Part shown: positions 55,472 to 56,475 of the stretch, one piece after another
Layout: every line of letters begins with the position of its first letter
Position numbering within the stretch: position 1 is the stretch's first letter
DNA from: a virus
Taxonomy: Duplodnaviria > Caudoviricetes
DNA length: 56,475 bases
Virus record (IMG/VR): IMGVR_UViG_3300029319_007564
Location: 1 to 56,475 of that record
Reading direction: 5' to 3' (one strand)
Notes under the pieces: generated by a model
What the model saw: only the letters and a program-made list of their open reading frames with translations
The model's database searches: none
Told to the model about the DNA's origin: nothing
Position numbers and translations under genes: made by a program

Positions 55472-55650
55472 GGGGCACAGTGCAATAAAAGCGGACATAT
55501 TCTGACTTGACACGATAAATGTGTTGCGCGATAGTGTGTGTGCGTATATACTAAACTCCATCACAATATAAAGCACATAAACACACAGCACCATCGAACA
55601 ATAACAAAAACAATCACATAGCCAGTTTGTCAGACACTACCTAAACACAC

Positions 55651-55827
55651 TTATGTATGTTTTGTGTATAGACTGTTTATTACTACACACGCAACTGTTT
55701 GCAAAGTCTGTAGAGAGTTATTGTAAATAATATAGTTATCCTCAGACTTGTTAACAATAACGCATAACGCTTTTGCTTTACCATCTGATAACGTCTTTCT
55801 TTTTACTAACTCTCCAACCTCAAACAT
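55651..55827 (-). CDS. G-D-L-V family small protein (58 aa)
   Basis: MFEVGELVKRK...LCVIV...YIIY; start abuts the upstream stop; below the ORF-track cutoff. Confidence 0.55.
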   Translation of the reverse strand: MFEVGELVKRKTLSDGKAKALCVIVNKSEDNYIIYNNSLQTLQTVACVVINSLYTKHT

Positions 55828-56004
55828 CTACAGTTCTACACCTTTCCTTTTATAAGGGTTCTCGCTCTCAACAGGTACACGCTCAAGTTGGTACTGAGTC
55901 TCAAAGACAGAACGCAAGCCGCGCACTTCCTTTGCAACCTCGTTGATTGCAACAATAACAAAAATGACAGCGAACACCGTTGCCACAAAAACAATAAACT
56001 CCAT
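55828..56004 (-). CDS. Small membrane protein
   Basis: AAGGAGGTG RBS before ATG 56004; N-terminal TM. Confidence 0.65.
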   Translation of the reverse strand: MEFIVFVATVFAVIFVIVAINEVAKEVRGLRSVFETQYQLERVPVESENPYKRKGVEL

Positions 56005-56005
56005 C

Positions 56006-56167
56006 CTATTCACCTCCTTGTTTTGAGAATAGATCGTTTACAGTATCGTCAGGAAGTTTATGCTTCCGCGTAAACAGTTCCCGCAATCCATCCTGATCGA
56101 GCGTTGAAGGATCTGGATGACTCCGTGGTTCCCTACGTTCAAACAGTCTTTTCAAATCTTTAATCAT
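56006..56167 (-). CDS. 53-aa hypothetical protein
   Basis: MIKDLKRLFERR...GLRELFTRK...VNDLFSKQGGE*; fills the gap and overlaps the upstream gene. Confidence 0.5.
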   Translation of the reverse strand: MIKDLKRLFERREPRSHPDPSTLDQDGLRELFTRKHKLPDDTVNDLFSKQGGE

Positions 56168-56444
56168 TTTCTTCATCCTCTTTCGCTTGCGCGGTCATCC
56201 GTGCAATATCGGCAACGGTTAAAGGGTTTTCTTTCCTGCGTTTGTTTTGTTCTCGGAGAAGTTTATTGTAACGCTTCTTCTCATGTTTGTTTACGTGTAC
56301 GTTCTCGACTCCAAGCGCACGGAAGCGGCGAGCGCCTTCGGTGGCTGCGGCCTTGTCGCTTGGCTTTGTCAGAATAGTCTCAGTGCAATCAAGTTTACCC
56401 TCGATGTATGTGACTTCTGTTTTTGATACGTAATACTTTGACAT
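56160..56444 (-). CDS. Hypothetical protein
   Basis: 94-aa ORF on the coding strand. Confidence 0.6.
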   Translation of the reverse strand: MSKYYVSKTEVTYIEGKLDCTETILTKPSDKAAATEGARRFRALGVENVHVNKHEKKRYNKLLREQNKRRKENPLTVADIARMTAQAKEDEEND

Positions 56445-56475
56445 AATAAAAGGGGGGATCTTTATTTTAATACTC

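Noticed and set aside
17-56377. All plus-strand ORFs in the track
   Set aside because: They lie antisense to minus-strand genes with clear motifs and coupling, and show no recognisable domains; treated as shadow ORFs.
1-56475. Stop-codon reassignment, or a cellular/eukaryotic giant-virus origin
   Set aside because: Genes are intact in the standard code and use all three stops. SD sites, sigma70 promoters, tmRNA, a peptidoglycan peptidase and the absence of housekeeping operons fit a bacteriophage.

Overview
This 56.5-kb window is most consistent with a large (jumbo-type) tailed-phage genome. Genes are dense, nearly all on the minus strand, translationally coupled and in the standard code. 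Left (1-8.9 kb): a >1580-aa probable virion protein (runs off the edge), a baseplate-hub-like protein, an M15 peptidoglycan peptidase and a phage sigma factor. 8.9-29.7 kb: a ~21-kb glycan cluster with split HldA/HldC-like enzymes, Gmd/ColD-like/Fcl-like enzymes, seven glycosyltransferase genes, two sulfotransferases, split TPP E1 alpha/beta-like subunits and a B12 radical SAM. 29.7-38.7 kb: Cas4-like nuclease, PIN-PhoH, tRNA-Asn, HNH, a complete tmRNA, a thioredoxin lipoprotein, a Fis-like protein and micro-ORFs missed by the ORF track (a 9-Cys metallothionein-like 20-mer, a 30-aa K/R-rich peptide). 39-52 kb: unrelated enzymes and modular proteins share a W-x-x-(F/Y)-(L/I)-x-E leader resembling the T4 capsid-targeting sequence, plus L-x-E-delimited basic Cys modules, suggesting a packaged-cargo and processing system. 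This region also holds a homolog of the myxobacterial gliding protein CglF and a vWA lipoprotein, pointing to a Myxococcota/Bdellovibrionota host. Also present: about 9 small G-D-L-V beta-barrel-like paralogs, two promoter classes and a structured Pho-box-like element near 55 kb. All family calls come from motif recognition; no database searches were run.
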